Below, one piece after another: positions 25,550 to 36,108 of a stretch of 64,000 bases of DNA. The notes under the pieces were generated by a model. It had not been told where the DNA came from, did not search any database, and saw nothing but the letters and a program-made list of their open reading frames with translations. Both the position numbers and the translations under genes were made by a program. Source of the DNA: Sporopachydermia quercuum (lineage: Eukaryota); NCBI GenBank assembly GCA_001599295.1, contig BCGN01000005.1, positions 1,054,001 to 1,118,000 of the forward strand. Reading direction: 5' to 3'. How positions within the stretch are numbered: position 1 is the stretch's first letter; the number at the start of each line of letters is the position of its first letter.

Positions 25550-26680
25550 GCTAATACACTGTATGGATTTTGGGGTACCTATGATTAAGAAAAGTTCAAA
25601 GTTCTTCAAGACACTGTACTGAATATTATCAATGTATAAATCAAGTTGCAGTTTTGGAGTAGTAAGTAAGAGTCATATGAGATTAACATACCACAGATTC
25701 GTATAGGAACTTAAATATCTCCTAGTACTTTCACTCAAAGTATGTAGTTTTCATCTGTTAAAGCCCACACTGAACAATTCAATGCAATCATCGACTATCT
25801 TTATTTTGAACTTAGGTTATTGCGATACTACTACAGCTTGCAATGAGCCAATCATGAGAAAGCCAGATGATATAACGCGAAATGAAACGTAAACTCTCAT
25901 TTGACTATCATTATCAATGATAACGTTCTCATCCATGGAGATGATGAGCCTCGACTTGAAGAAAAAGAATAAAGTTGAATGATTGGCAATAAGGTTGAGT
26001 CTTCTTTTAATAGAATAAGAGATTAGATATATTTCAGATAATTAGTGAGCTCTTATTCTGTGCGAATATTTATCTATTAGTTTGTGAGTCAATGAGTTAC
26101 CTAATAATCAACACCAAGTTAAAGTTTAGGCAGTTTTGAGCGCGTAAAGTTAATTGTGGACTACTTCGCGGCGGGGCATTCGAAATATTAGCGGTGTAGT
26201 TAGTAGCTCAAATTACAAGCTATTCGTACCATTCCAAGATCCAACACTAAATCCATCAATTCATTGCAAGAAAATTCAAATTCTGGGAGAGTTTATTGAA
26301 TTCGTACTCATTCAATAAAAGTCAACAACGGTAATTCGAACTGACATATAAGCCCACAAAGTTTGACAGATGGTAGCAAACTGTAAGCAAGTATTCTAAA
26401 ACCTTAATTTCTAGCTCGATTTACAAACGTTAATTCTAACTTTGATAGCTTGATAAAAATTGACGATTACGAATACCTTTCGTAGTGCGCAGACACCAGC
26501 TTCTTTCTTTGTATCTCTTTACTCTTTTTCTTCTTTCTATTACTTACTTTTCTTTATTCACAGACTTAACAAGGATTTTCATATCTCATGAACCCATCAG
26601 ATCATAGAAGCCACTAGTTCTACCAACATCAATAGTCCTTATTGCTTATATCGAAGCACTTTAAACACTAATTGATCGAC

Positions 26681-28708
26681 ATGGGAGCTCAAACAGCACC
26701 ATCAACTATCAACAAACTGAAACTAAGATGGCCAGATGGACCAAAAAAAAGGAAAAGAGTATATACAGTTGAAGCAAATGTTCCAAATCGTATGAAAATT
26801 CCCAAGAAGAGACTGAAGAATCTGAGGTTTATCAATAGTTCTAATGGTGATATCAGCAGTCCTGTTAAGACACCTGAATCATCAACAGACACTGAAACAA
26901 TCATTTATGAAATTAATGATGTAATTAATGATGTACAGTCTTTCCCTGCATCAAATAAACAAAATCCATCTATTCTCCTACCCGAGTTAACGGCAAGAAG
27001 TCCTAGTGGGTTACTTTCACCTCCTTTGCCTGCTGCTCACCAGTTATTATCAGTAGAAGACGCTTCAAATGCACTTACGGATGGTATTCCAGACTATTTC
27101 GATTTTGATGTTACACCCAGTGAGCTTCATCAAGCTCAATGTGCTGAATTAGCAAGATCCTCACCTTTAGAGAATATTGGAGTTCAAAATCTACATACGG
27201 AGTTTAATATCAATGATACAGCCAATAATGATGGTAGTACTATAGCTAATTCTCCAAATTCCAGAAGCAATAATATGATTGGCGAGTCTCCTCATGAACC
27301 ATCACCTTCAAGTTCACAGCTTATAAAGCAGATTTTATCATATTCTGTTGATTTCAATATTGTCAGAAACAATAGTAACAATAATGAAGACGTTCTAAGT
27401 AATAATAGCAATAGAATAACAGCATTAGATGAATCTGATTCACTCCCTTCCTCATTGCATAATTCTTTACATGTTCTCAACAACAATTCTCCCCCAAAGA
27501 CTTCCTCTAATTCATTAAGGGCTCCTTATATGACTCCTCAAAATTCTTTAGGTCATACGGACAGATTAGATGAATTAGTAGGGAAACTAGATTTTGCTGT
27601 ATGTGTTGTCTTCGGAACAAACATTTCATCCTGTTGCGATAGATTGGTGGCCAACATTTCTCAAGCTTGTAGAGGAAACAGCAAGCTTATTAATATGGTT
27701 CAAGGGATTGTTGATAAGTTAGTCTTGAAGAAAGAAACAAAAAACTATCCTTTGCCAATTGACCTAGACAAGAATGATTTGAAAATGATGGTAAATCCGA
27801 ACTCCTATCAGTTAAATGTTGTTCTTACAACAGTTTTCCTTAATTATTTCACTCAAATTGTTTCTCCTGGTTTAAGGAGAATTCAACCTATATTAAGGCA
27901 AATGCAACTNTTATACTCAACTATTGGAGATCTCGAATTATATCAGAATAACAGCGATATTATGGCGTGGACAAAATTATTTAGTTGGTATGACTCAATA
28001 TCTTCAATGATGATTGGAAGAAGGCTTCAATTACCTAGAAGATATAAAGAAATGGCATTTAATTATATGCCAAAGACCACTGATAGACATGATAGCGATT
28101 TATACGCGAATATCGGCTGTCCCGATAGTTTAGCATCAATCATTATAGATATGGCATATATTTCTGGCGAAATTGGTTTAGAAGCTTTTGAACATCGATC
28201 GAATATCTCACAGGATACTTGGAAACAAATTGAGCACATAATCTTTTTGATTTATACATGGAATGATAATGCAAGACTCGCAAAAGAACCAGATTATAAA
28301 TATGATTTAAGAATGACTATTCATAATTGTTGGAGATGGGGATCATTGATTTACATTTATACCGTGTTTTATAGAGAGAGATGTGATAGTGAGAAAGTTC
28401 GTTGGTTGAGAGATAAAATATTTGAATCTATACGAGAAAATCAAAAGTTGAAGTCTAAACAGCTATTATGGCCGTTCTTTTTGGCATCATGTCAAATTCC
28501 TAGCAATGACATGGAGATTCAAGCCTTTTGTCTGAATGTGGTTGACTCGTGGTATGTGGTGACTAACTGCGCAGATATTTTTAAGACAACAGTTGATATT
28601 CTGTTAGAAGTTTGGAATGATGATAAAGAAACAAACGGGCTGAACAGATGGTGGAGTTGTCTTCAGCAAAAATATTATTCTCTAGGCCTTGAGGTTATGT
28701 TCACTTAA
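26681..28708 (+). CDS. Fungal-specific transcription factor (Fungal_trans_2-type C-terminal domain); no Zn2Cys6 cluster seen
   Basis: C-terminal FSWYDSISS, GCPDSL..IIDM, CWR.GSLIYIY, LLWPFFLA and LLEVW motifs. KLRWP lies near the N-terminus. The first ATG is at 26681. Confidence 0.8.
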   Translation: MGAQTAPSTINKLKLRWPDGPKKRKRVYTVEANVPNRMKIPKKRLKNLRFINSSNGDISSPVKTPESSTDTETIIYEINDVINDVQSFPASNKQNPSILLPELTARSPSGLLSPPLPAAHQLLSVEDASNALTDGIPDYFDFDVTPSELHQAQCAELARSSPLENIGVQNLHTEFNINDTANNDGSTIANSPNSRSNNMIGESPHEPSPSSSQLIKQILSYSVDFNIVRNNSNNNEDVLSNNSNRITALDESDSLPSSLHNSLHVLNNNSPPKTSSNSLRAPYMTPQNSLGHTDRLDELVGKLDFAVCVVFGTNISSCCDRLVANISQACRGNSKLINMVQGIVDKLVLKKETKNYPLPIDLDKNDLKMMVNPNSYQLNVVLTTVFLNYFTQIVSPGLRRIQPILRQMQXLYSTIGDLELYQNNSDIMAWTKLFSWYDSISSMMIGRRLQLPRRYKEMAFNYMPKTTDRHDSDLYANIGCPDSLASIIIDMAYISGEIGLEAFEHRSNISQDTWKQIEHIIFLIYTWNDNARLAKEPDYKYDLRMTIHNCWRWGSLIYIYTVFYRERCDSEKVRWLRDKIFESIRENQKLKSKQLLWPFFLASCQIPSNDMEIQAFCLNVVDSWYVVTNCADIFKTTVDILLEVWNDDKETNGLNRWWSCLQQKYYSLGLEVMFT

Positions 28709-29413
28709 AAATGGGGGTGGTATAGTGTAATGAAAATAGGAAAATAGGATAGGATACATTAGTAGGTTTGGCGGAATGGTAGTAAAATGAAGTTTTTTTC
28801 TCTGGTTCATGCAGCATAACCAACCATATAGGCACATCGCAAGTATTGATTTTCTATCCATTATTAGAGACATACAGATACTGAATAACAGCTAGTTTCA
28901 ATCACATCTATGTCGTGGGCTCTTGAAGCCTCTGATTATGATATTTGTCAAACCTGCCTGTTTGGGAAGGAATTGTTCCAATTGAAAGAACGCCATCAGG
29001 ATTAAGGTTTGACAGTCTGGGTAAGCTTTTATAGAGATCCAAACTTAACCTTAAATACTAAATATAAAACTTAATTTAGACACTATTTCTTTTGCATACG
29101 CCTGCATTATATTATTCAACATCAGATCTCAATCGAGATGAATTCTTATATATGAGATGCGATGTCTGGGTGTTCCTCTTTATCAACATACTTTCACATC
29201 TCCCTCTCTAATCGGTGTATATAATGTTTCCAAAATCACAGCTCCTTCAAGAGGATAAATTAAACCGAGAACTAAAATATTTGTTACATTAGATCCCATA
29301 GAACCCAAGAACCACAGTAAGCCTTCCTGTTTCGTCCAATTGATCCGAGATTCAAGGTTTCCGCTTCCATTGTAGGCTTAACTTTCTAGGCTCAAGCCCT
29401 CCACATAAGAACA

Positions 29414-32400
29414 ATGAAAGCACAACAATCCTTATCGGCCCCAGCAACCGGCTCGGGTATTTTCAGCCTCGAAAATGTCCAATTGCAGTTTGCTCTAGCG
29501 CAAATTACCGATATGGCTGTGAAAAATAACATACTAGTTTTAGCTTGCTCTCCGAATCGGATTATACATATTGATCTGACGAGACCCCAGGATGTTGAGG
29601 AGATTAGGCTCACCAGCGGGAATAAGCAAAGTTCGGGATCTCGGAAGTCAAACTCGGATGTGCCGACCATCTCTCGCATATATCTTGATCCTACAGGTAA
29701 GCATTTGCTAGCTTGTACAATCAGAGGCGATAATTACTATGTATATTTTCATCCTCAATCATCGGAATCCGCTCGGGCCAAACCTCGGCTTCTAACTAAG
29801 TTACGAGGAGCTGTTATCTCGGCNGTTGCCTGGTCACCCGAATCGGCTTTAGATGACTCGACTGGAGAAATTCTTCTTGGAACATCATCCGGATTTATTT
29901 TGGAAACCCGTATTCAGCCCGAAGCGGAGTTATTCAAACGGAATGAGAAATATGTACGCCAAGTATGGAAAGTATCTGGAATAGTTGGGTCAACGGATGT
30001 AGCTCGACCGATTGACGGTATTTATATTGAGAACTCCGAGGCTTTTTCAGAGAAGAACAGAAAATTACAAACCTCGGAAGGCTCGCTTTTACGGAAAGTA
30101 TTAGTTAGTAGTGGGGAATCCATATACTTTTGGCATGCGCCCATTAAACCTTATGACGGAAACGCTCGGTACGGAGAGCTTTTTTCGGGAAAACCACCTG
30201 GGACTGAGTCTTTGGATCCCGCTATCTTTTCTGGTTTAGTTACGTTTCCGCATAGTATAAAAATCAGGACGGATAACGGGAAAACTCGGAAGTCTGTTCC
30301 TGCAGGATTATTCGCTTGGTTAGTAGAATCAGGAATAGTTTACGGAACACTAAAACATCTAACGCCTGAATCTCCGTTTTCGGAAGTATTCAGTCCGATG
30401 AGTTTAACACTCTTCCCTGCTTCGGATGTTTCCGGAACCATCCGTTCCGTTCTCTTATCCGAGTTTCATATACTAATTCTAACTACTAAGAACGAACTTT
30501 ATGCACTAAACAGACTCACCAAAGAACTTGTTTTCCGGACCGAGGTTCGGATCGGATCAGGGGAAGACATCCTCGGAATGACCTGTGATCCCATTAAAAG
30601 CACGTTCTGGATCTTCTGCACAAGCTCGTTGTTTGAAATTGTGATCACTAATGAGAAAAAGGATATGTGGAAAAGCATGGTTTCTGTCGGGGCATTTGAA
30701 GAAGCCCTTGATTTAGTAGAATTGGGAGATATTATAGCTCGGGACACGATTTTATGCTCGCAAGGGAAATGGATGTTCGAAAAGGGAAAATATGCCGAGG
30801 CTGCTTCCGCGTGGGGACAAAGCTCGGAATCATTTGAAGGTTGTGTGCTGCAGTTTATGCAACAAGGACAGGAGGATGCATTGCTTATATATCTGCGGAC
30901 AAAGCTTAAATCAGCATTTGCAATAGAAACTCCTTCCGCTTCAGGACCCGCTTTTGAAATCCAAGGAAAAGCCGGAGAGGAACGGAAACATAGACCCGAT
31001 TTCATGCATAAAGTTATGCTTAGCTCGCTTATCGTTGAACTTTATATGCAGAAACTCGACAAGCTGGAAGACGTGAGCAAAATAAACTCTGTTTCGGGTA
31101 ATAAAGCCGAACAATCTTCCGTCACCGATTGCCGTGCCGAATTCCAAGGCTTTATCTCGCAGTTTGCTTCTACTTTGGATGAAGAAACTATATATCAAGT
31201 GATCACTGCCCATAATAGACAAGACGAATTGTTGTTTTTTGCCCATACAATCAACGATCATGATTTTATTCTNGCGTATTGGGTGAAAATCGGTAAATGG
31301 GAGGACGCATTAAGAGAGCTGCGGAAAAAAAACGACCCGCATACGGTTTATCGATTTGCTACAGTTCTTCTTACAAATTCTCCTACTAATACGGTAGAAA
31401 CATGGAAACGATTAGATAATTTAGACCCTCGGAAGCTTATCCCGGCATTGCTTACGTATCACAGAAGTATGAGAGACCCTTCCACATGGGTATCCATTGG
31501 GGAAAACTCGGCAGTGGATTATCTGCGCTTTGCAATTCACGATCTCGGCAATAGTGATCCTGTTGTCCATAATGCATTATTGGCAATGTACATAACATAC
31601 CCAAAGATTCAAGACGAAACAGAGCTGTTAAGGTATCTAGAACAGTACGAAAATACAGAGTCTGAACCTGAGGATTATATATTTGATCAGGATTTTATTC
31701 TTCGCTTGTGCATTCAGCATAGTAAGGTTCAGTCTGCTGTGCATATCTATGCAGGATTAGGTTCATATGAAGAAGCAGTTAAGCTTGCTTTAAGTTCAGG
31801 CTTGGTGGAACTTGCAGCAGTGATTGCTGATAGACCAGTTGATGATCCCAGTTTACGGAAGCGGCTTTGGTTGGCTGTAGCTGAAGCAATAATTGCCGAA
31901 ACCGATATGAGAGTATTAACTGATACTAAGAGCAAAAAGAACGGAAAAGATAACAAGAAAAAGCTTCAAAGTGTACAGGCCACTCTAAAGTTCCTTAAAA
32001 GGTGCGAATTGTTGACAGTGAAGGATTTGCTTCCGTTGTTCCCCGATTTTGCCATAATTGATGATTTTAAGGACGAGATATGTGGGTTTCTGCGGAACCA
32101 TGCAGGACAGCTGCAACAGCTCCAACTTGAAATGGAGGAATCGGTCGGCACAGCACAGTCGATCAAAAGAGAAATCAATGCCTGTAAAAACGAAAAGAAA
32201 ATATTTGCTTTGGTTGAACCTGGTGAATCCTGTGCATTATGTGATAAGCCTTTAGTATCCAGAAGGTTTTACGTATTCCCATGTCAACATGGGATGCACT
32301 CTGACTGCTTGATCAAAGCTATTCTTGGTTCCTCTAGAGCTGAAGGATTGGATTACAGATTGCGGCAGAAACTACAGGAGATCCAAATCAGTAAAAGAAA

Positions 32401-32542
32401 TGGCAAATTGGTCGATAATGAGGCTATAGACGAGATAATATCTACAAAATGTGTTCTTTGTTCTGAGATCAAGATTGCTAGTATAGAAGATGGGTTTATC
32501 ACAGCGAAAGATCAGAAAGAAATAAGTGAGTGGGAATTATGA
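29414..32542 (+). CDS. PEP3: HOPS/CORVET subunit Vps18/Pep3
   Basis: IFSLENVQLQF, YLDPTGKHLL, VAWS, GEILLGT, a clathrin-like helical repeat region and a C-terminal RING-H2 (C..C...FYVFPCQHGMHSDCL...CVLC). Confidence 0.96.
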   Translation: MKAQQSLSAPATGSGIFSLENVQLQFALAQITDMAVKNNILVLACSPNRIIHIDLTRPQDVEEIRLTSGNKQSSGSRKSNSDVPTISRIYLDPTGKHLLACTIRGDNYYVYFHPQSSESARAKPRLLTKLRGAVISXVAWSPESALDDSTGEILLGTSSGFILETRIQPEAELFKRNEKYVRQVWKVSGIVGSTDVARPIDGIYIENSEAFSEKNRKLQTSEGSLLRKVLVSSGESIYFWHAPIKPYDGNARYGELFSGKPPGTESLDPAIFSGLVTFPHSIKIRTDNGKTRKSVPAGLFAWLVESGIVYGTLKHLTPESPFSEVFSPMSLTLFPASDVSGTIRSVLLSEFHILILTTKNELYALNRLTKELVFRTEVRIGSGEDILGMTCDPIKSTFWIFCTSSLFEIVITNEKKDMWKSMVSVGAFEEALDLVELGDIIARDTILCSQGKWMFEKGKYAEAASAWGQSSESFEGCVLQFMQQGQEDALLIYLRTKLKSAFAIETPSASGPAFEIQGKAGEERKHRPDFMHKVMLSSLIVELYMQKLDKLEDVSKINSVSGNKAEQSSVTDCRAEFQGFISQFASTLDEETIYQVITAHNRQDELLFFAHTINDHDFIXAYWVKIGKWEDALRELRKKNDPHTVYRFATVLLTNSPTNTVETWKRLDNLDPRKLIPALLTYHRSMRDPSTWVSIGENSAVDYLRFAIHDLGNSDPVVHNALLAMYITYPKIQDETELLRYLEQYENTESEPEDYIFDQDFILRLCIQHSKVQSAVHIYAGLGSYEEAVKLALSSGLVELAAVIADRPVDDPSLRKRLWLAVAEAIIAETDMRVLTDTKSKKNGKDNKKKLQSVQATLKFLKRCELLTVKDLLPLFPDFAIIDDFKDEICGFLRNHAGQLQQLQLEMEESVGTAQSIKREINACKNEKKIFALVEPGESCALCDKPLVSRRFYVFPCQHGMHSDCLIKAILGSSRAEGLDYRLRQKLQEIQISKRNGKLVDNEAIDEIISTKCVLCSEIKIASIEDGFITAKDQKEISEWEL

Positions 32543-33311
32543 GAGCGAAGAAACTGATGTTCTTCTGAATGATAGATATGATATGTTGGATGCACTGGAA
32601 GTTTGTTTGCGTGAATTTATTAGTCATTTAATTGAATAAATAAAAGCTAATGTGAAATAATGCATAGTTATGCAGTACAATGTGTCCTTCTGTATCTTGT
32701 GCGTACTTGAACAGCAGAAATATCTTAATGTATTTTGAGTTACGTTGATGTTATCTTGCATGAAACCTGCATATTTTTCTCTGAGATAATGGAGCTTTAC
32801 AGAAGCAAAATTTAACCGCTACCAAATGAAAAATAAATAATTACACTCTAATACTTCAATATATTTATTAAGCTTATATTCCTTTCTTTTATACCTATTT
32901 TCTAACTCATTGGTAAAATGAAACATGCAATGGGATGGCCTCAGAACTTTGAATCGCGACTCAACAATGTCTCTAGAGCCTTTTTATTTCAAGACCCTGG
33001 TTTAAGAATCTGATGTCACATTAAATTAATCATTTGTCGTTAATCACAATATTAATTCACCAACAACACATTGCCACCGAAAAAACACTCATCCATTAGA
33101 TCCAATGGTTTTCATACATTTCCAGGCCCATTCTTATTATAAATATTCATTTAAAATATAACTTCCACCTGAGAAATATACTACAATATCCAACGTTCAT
33201 CCTATACACTCCAATCTTACCTTTCATCCACAAGGTACATCGAGACCCTATTTCCGCTGCTTCGTGCTTTCATAAACCACTTCAGACCCCTTGGCCAGAC
33301 TCTTTCTTCCC

Positions 33312-33338
33312 TTACTAAGCACTTCTTCCATATAAATA
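33312..33338 (+). promoter_or_regulatory. Yap1-type response element (TTACTAA) plus TATA box upstream of GLR1
   Basis: TTACTAA at 33312-33318 and TATAAATA at 33331-33338. GLR1 is an established Yap1 target in S. cerevisiae. Confidence 0.6.
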
Positions 33339-33610
33339 TCTAAGAGATCTCCCCAATATGAAACTACTATTTTACAGCCAAATGACGACATAGAATATAG
33401 AACATCTGTCAAGGTAAGGGTAAATATCTAAACTTCTCAATCCGCTGCATCAATCAATCAAAATTGACGGCATAAAAGGTCCAAGACACTGTTTCCAAAT
33501 TGTACACTTTTGCTAAAACAATCACCTCAGGTACTTCGGCATTGCGGCCTAGACAATCCGAATCCTCGGTTTTAACTCGGCTCACCAATTTCACGCGACA
33601 ACTATCAAAT

Positions 33611-35017
33611 ATGGCACCAACTTCTCATTATAACTACTTGGTAATTGGTGGTGGCTCTGGTGGTGTTGCCTCTGCTAGAAGAGCTGCTTCATACGGGGCA
33701 AAGACTCTTCTCGTTGAAGGTAAAGCGTTAGGCGGCACCTGTGTCAATGTCGGATGCGTTCCTAAGAAAGTTATGTGGTATGCTTCCGATACCGCCAAAA
33801 GAATCTCGGAAGCCAGAGAATACGGATTTGATGTTGATCCTGCCTTAGCCAAAACTTTCAATTGGCCTTTTTTTAAGGAAAAACGTGATGCTTACGTCAA
33901 AAGGCTCAATGGTATCTATGAGAGAAATTTAGCCAAAGAAGGTGTAGATTTTGTCTACGGATGGGCCAAATTCAGTGAAAAGGGCGATAAGTCTGTCGAT
34001 GTTGTTTCTCATGATGGATCCGTGAAGAGTTACACCGCTGATCACATTTTGATTGCTACCGGTGGTAAACCCAAACATTTCACCTCTGAGCTGTTCCCTG
34101 GAGCAGAACTTGGCACAGATTCCGATGGATACTTCAAGCTTGAAACTCAACCAAAGCGGGTAGCCATTATGGGTGCTGGCTATATTGGAGTTGAATTTGC
34201 AGGTGTTTTCAATGGTCTTGGATCCGAAGTTCATGTTTTTATGAGACGCGATAAGGTTCTCCGGGCTTTTGATCCTATGATTCAGGAAACTATTACTCAG
34301 TACTATAAAGACCTTGGAGTTCAATTTCACGTGCCAATGGACAAGATCCAACGCGTAGAGAAGACATCGGATGGTAAATACAAAATGACATACGGAGAAG
34401 ATGCAGAAGAAAGCTGGGTTTTTGATGAAATCATTTGGACTGTTGGACGTCGTTCATACTTGGATTTTGGCCTGGAACACATTGGAATCAAACTTAATGA
34501 AAAGGAACAAATTATTACTGATGAATATCAAAATACGAACGTTCCGTATATTTATTCCTTAGGAGACGTTGTTGGTAAAGTGGAATTGACCCCTGTAGCA
34601 ATTGCTGCAGGTAGAAAGCTTTCCAATCGTGTCTTCGGTCCTGAGAAGTTCAAAGATCAGAAGCAGGATTACGAAAATGTCCCATCGGTAGTATTTGCTC
34701 ACCCAGAAGCAGGTGCAATTGGTTTAACTGAACCTGCTGCCATTAAGAAATATGGCAAGGAAAACATCAAAATCTACAACTCCAAGTTTGTTAGTATGTA
34801 TTACGCCATGCTTGAGCATAAGTCTCCTACTGTGTATAAGCTCATCTGTGCAGGACCTGAAGAGAAAGTTGTTGGTTTGCATATTGTTGGAGATGCCAGC
34901 AGTGAAATTTTGCAGGGTTTTGGTGTTGCTGTGAAGATGGGAGCTACCAAGGCAGACTTCGATGACTGTGTTGCTATCCATCCTACTTCTGCTGAAGAAT
35001 TAGTTACTTTACGTTAG
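33611..35017 (+). CDS. GLR1: Glutathione reductase (first ATG at 33611; possible UUG-initiated extension from 33500)
   Basis: FAD motif GGGSGG, redox centre [18 protein letters not shown] motif GAGYIG and C-terminal [10 protein letters not shown]. Confidence 0.98.
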   Translation: MAPTSHYNYLVIGGGSGGVASARRAASYGAKTLLVEGKALGGTCVNVGCVPKKVMWYASDTAKRISEAREYGFDVDPALAKTFNWPFFKEKRDAYVKRLNGIYERNLAKEGVDFVYGWAKFSEKGDKSVDVVSHDGSVKSYTADHILIATGGKPKHFTSELFPGAELGTDSDGYFKLETQPKRVAIMGAGYIGVEFAGVFNGLGSEVHVFMRRDKVLRAFDPMIQETITQYYKDLGVQFHVPMDKIQRVEKTSDGKYKMTYGEDAEESWVFDEIIWTVGRRSYLDFGLEHIGIKLNEKEQIITDEYQNTNVPYIYSLGDVVGKVELTPVAIAAGRKLSNRVFGPEKFKDQKQDYENVPSVVFAHPEAGAIGLTEPAAIKKYGKENIKIYNSKFVSMYYAMLEHKSPTVYKLICAGPEEKVVGLHIVGDASSEILQGFGVAVKMGATKADFDDCVAIHPTSAEELVTLR

Positions 35018-36108
35018 ATATAATTTGCCTAATAGTTTTCTAGATTACAAATATAAATAACTCGCTTTTTGAGCATTACTATAGGAAAAATTAGTAATAT
35101 ATGTAGAGTTCGAGGTAGTACAAAATAGCCGACTGTAGGGCCAAATGTTAGTCTTGGGATATTTCGGAAATAATGGCTCGTGTATCGGAAACGATGCGCT
35201 AGCGCCGAATGAGACGTCATATTGTCCATAGGATCCTGGACAGTTCTTTCGCTTTTTTCTTGGCAGCTCATATGTAGGTCTAACCGTTATTCTTAATATA
35301 CAAAATTCTACCATCAAGTGCAAAATAAGACTGTGTTTCTCCTCAATCTCCTTTTTCCCCAGTAGCACTCTAGATTGATCTCCGTCTAAACTTCTAGGAC
35401 TCTGGCCATATCAACTTTCTACTTTTGTATCACGTAATCCGAAAAACAATTAGGAAAAGCATTTTAAGGTTTATGACTATTTAGGCAACTCTTGGCCAAT
35501 CTGTAGTCCCAATGCTGATGAGGTACAAATCCCCTTCACCATGCCTAAAATGGGACACAAATCTCGTTTCCACCACAGAATACAAACGACTAGCAATCGA
35601 TCAAAGGTGTCTTCGTGGTGCCTCTCATTCTTATTGTAGTGATCTCATCAATAGATAATAATAGATGTCAGTAATCACCAATAAAGCTACTAATTAGTAC
35701 GTAAAGAAGATATTTGCATATATTGGGAGTGTTTTAACGTGGTACGGTGGTTTGCAATTAGGAAACGATTGCTGATGTATTGAACTGTCAAAGTGGTGCC
35801 AACAGAGGACAGTAAATATCGCTAGAATACTATCAGGGTAGATAGATAGGAGAACAAGAGCAGCAACAACAATAGCAACCACAGTAGTAATAGCAATAGC
35901 AGAAACGATAGAATTACAGCATATTGTACGAAAGGAGCAAAATAGGAGCCACACATTAGTAGTTGGTGCACTGTGGACCAGAAATTGTCGATTCAGCCAC
36001 TTAGACTGCTGTGTTCGTTCGGGGACTCATGTTGCGTTGAAGCGCTCTGAAAGAAACCCAGACACAGCCAGAACTTTGGATCAATAAACCTTTCTCCTAT
36101 ATTCAACT

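Noticed and set aside
23594..35017. Alternative CUG decoding (Ser or Ala)
   Set aside because: CTG codons fall at conserved Leu positions (SMD3 VKLLNE and PDMLK; GLR1 GLEHIG), consistent with the standard code.
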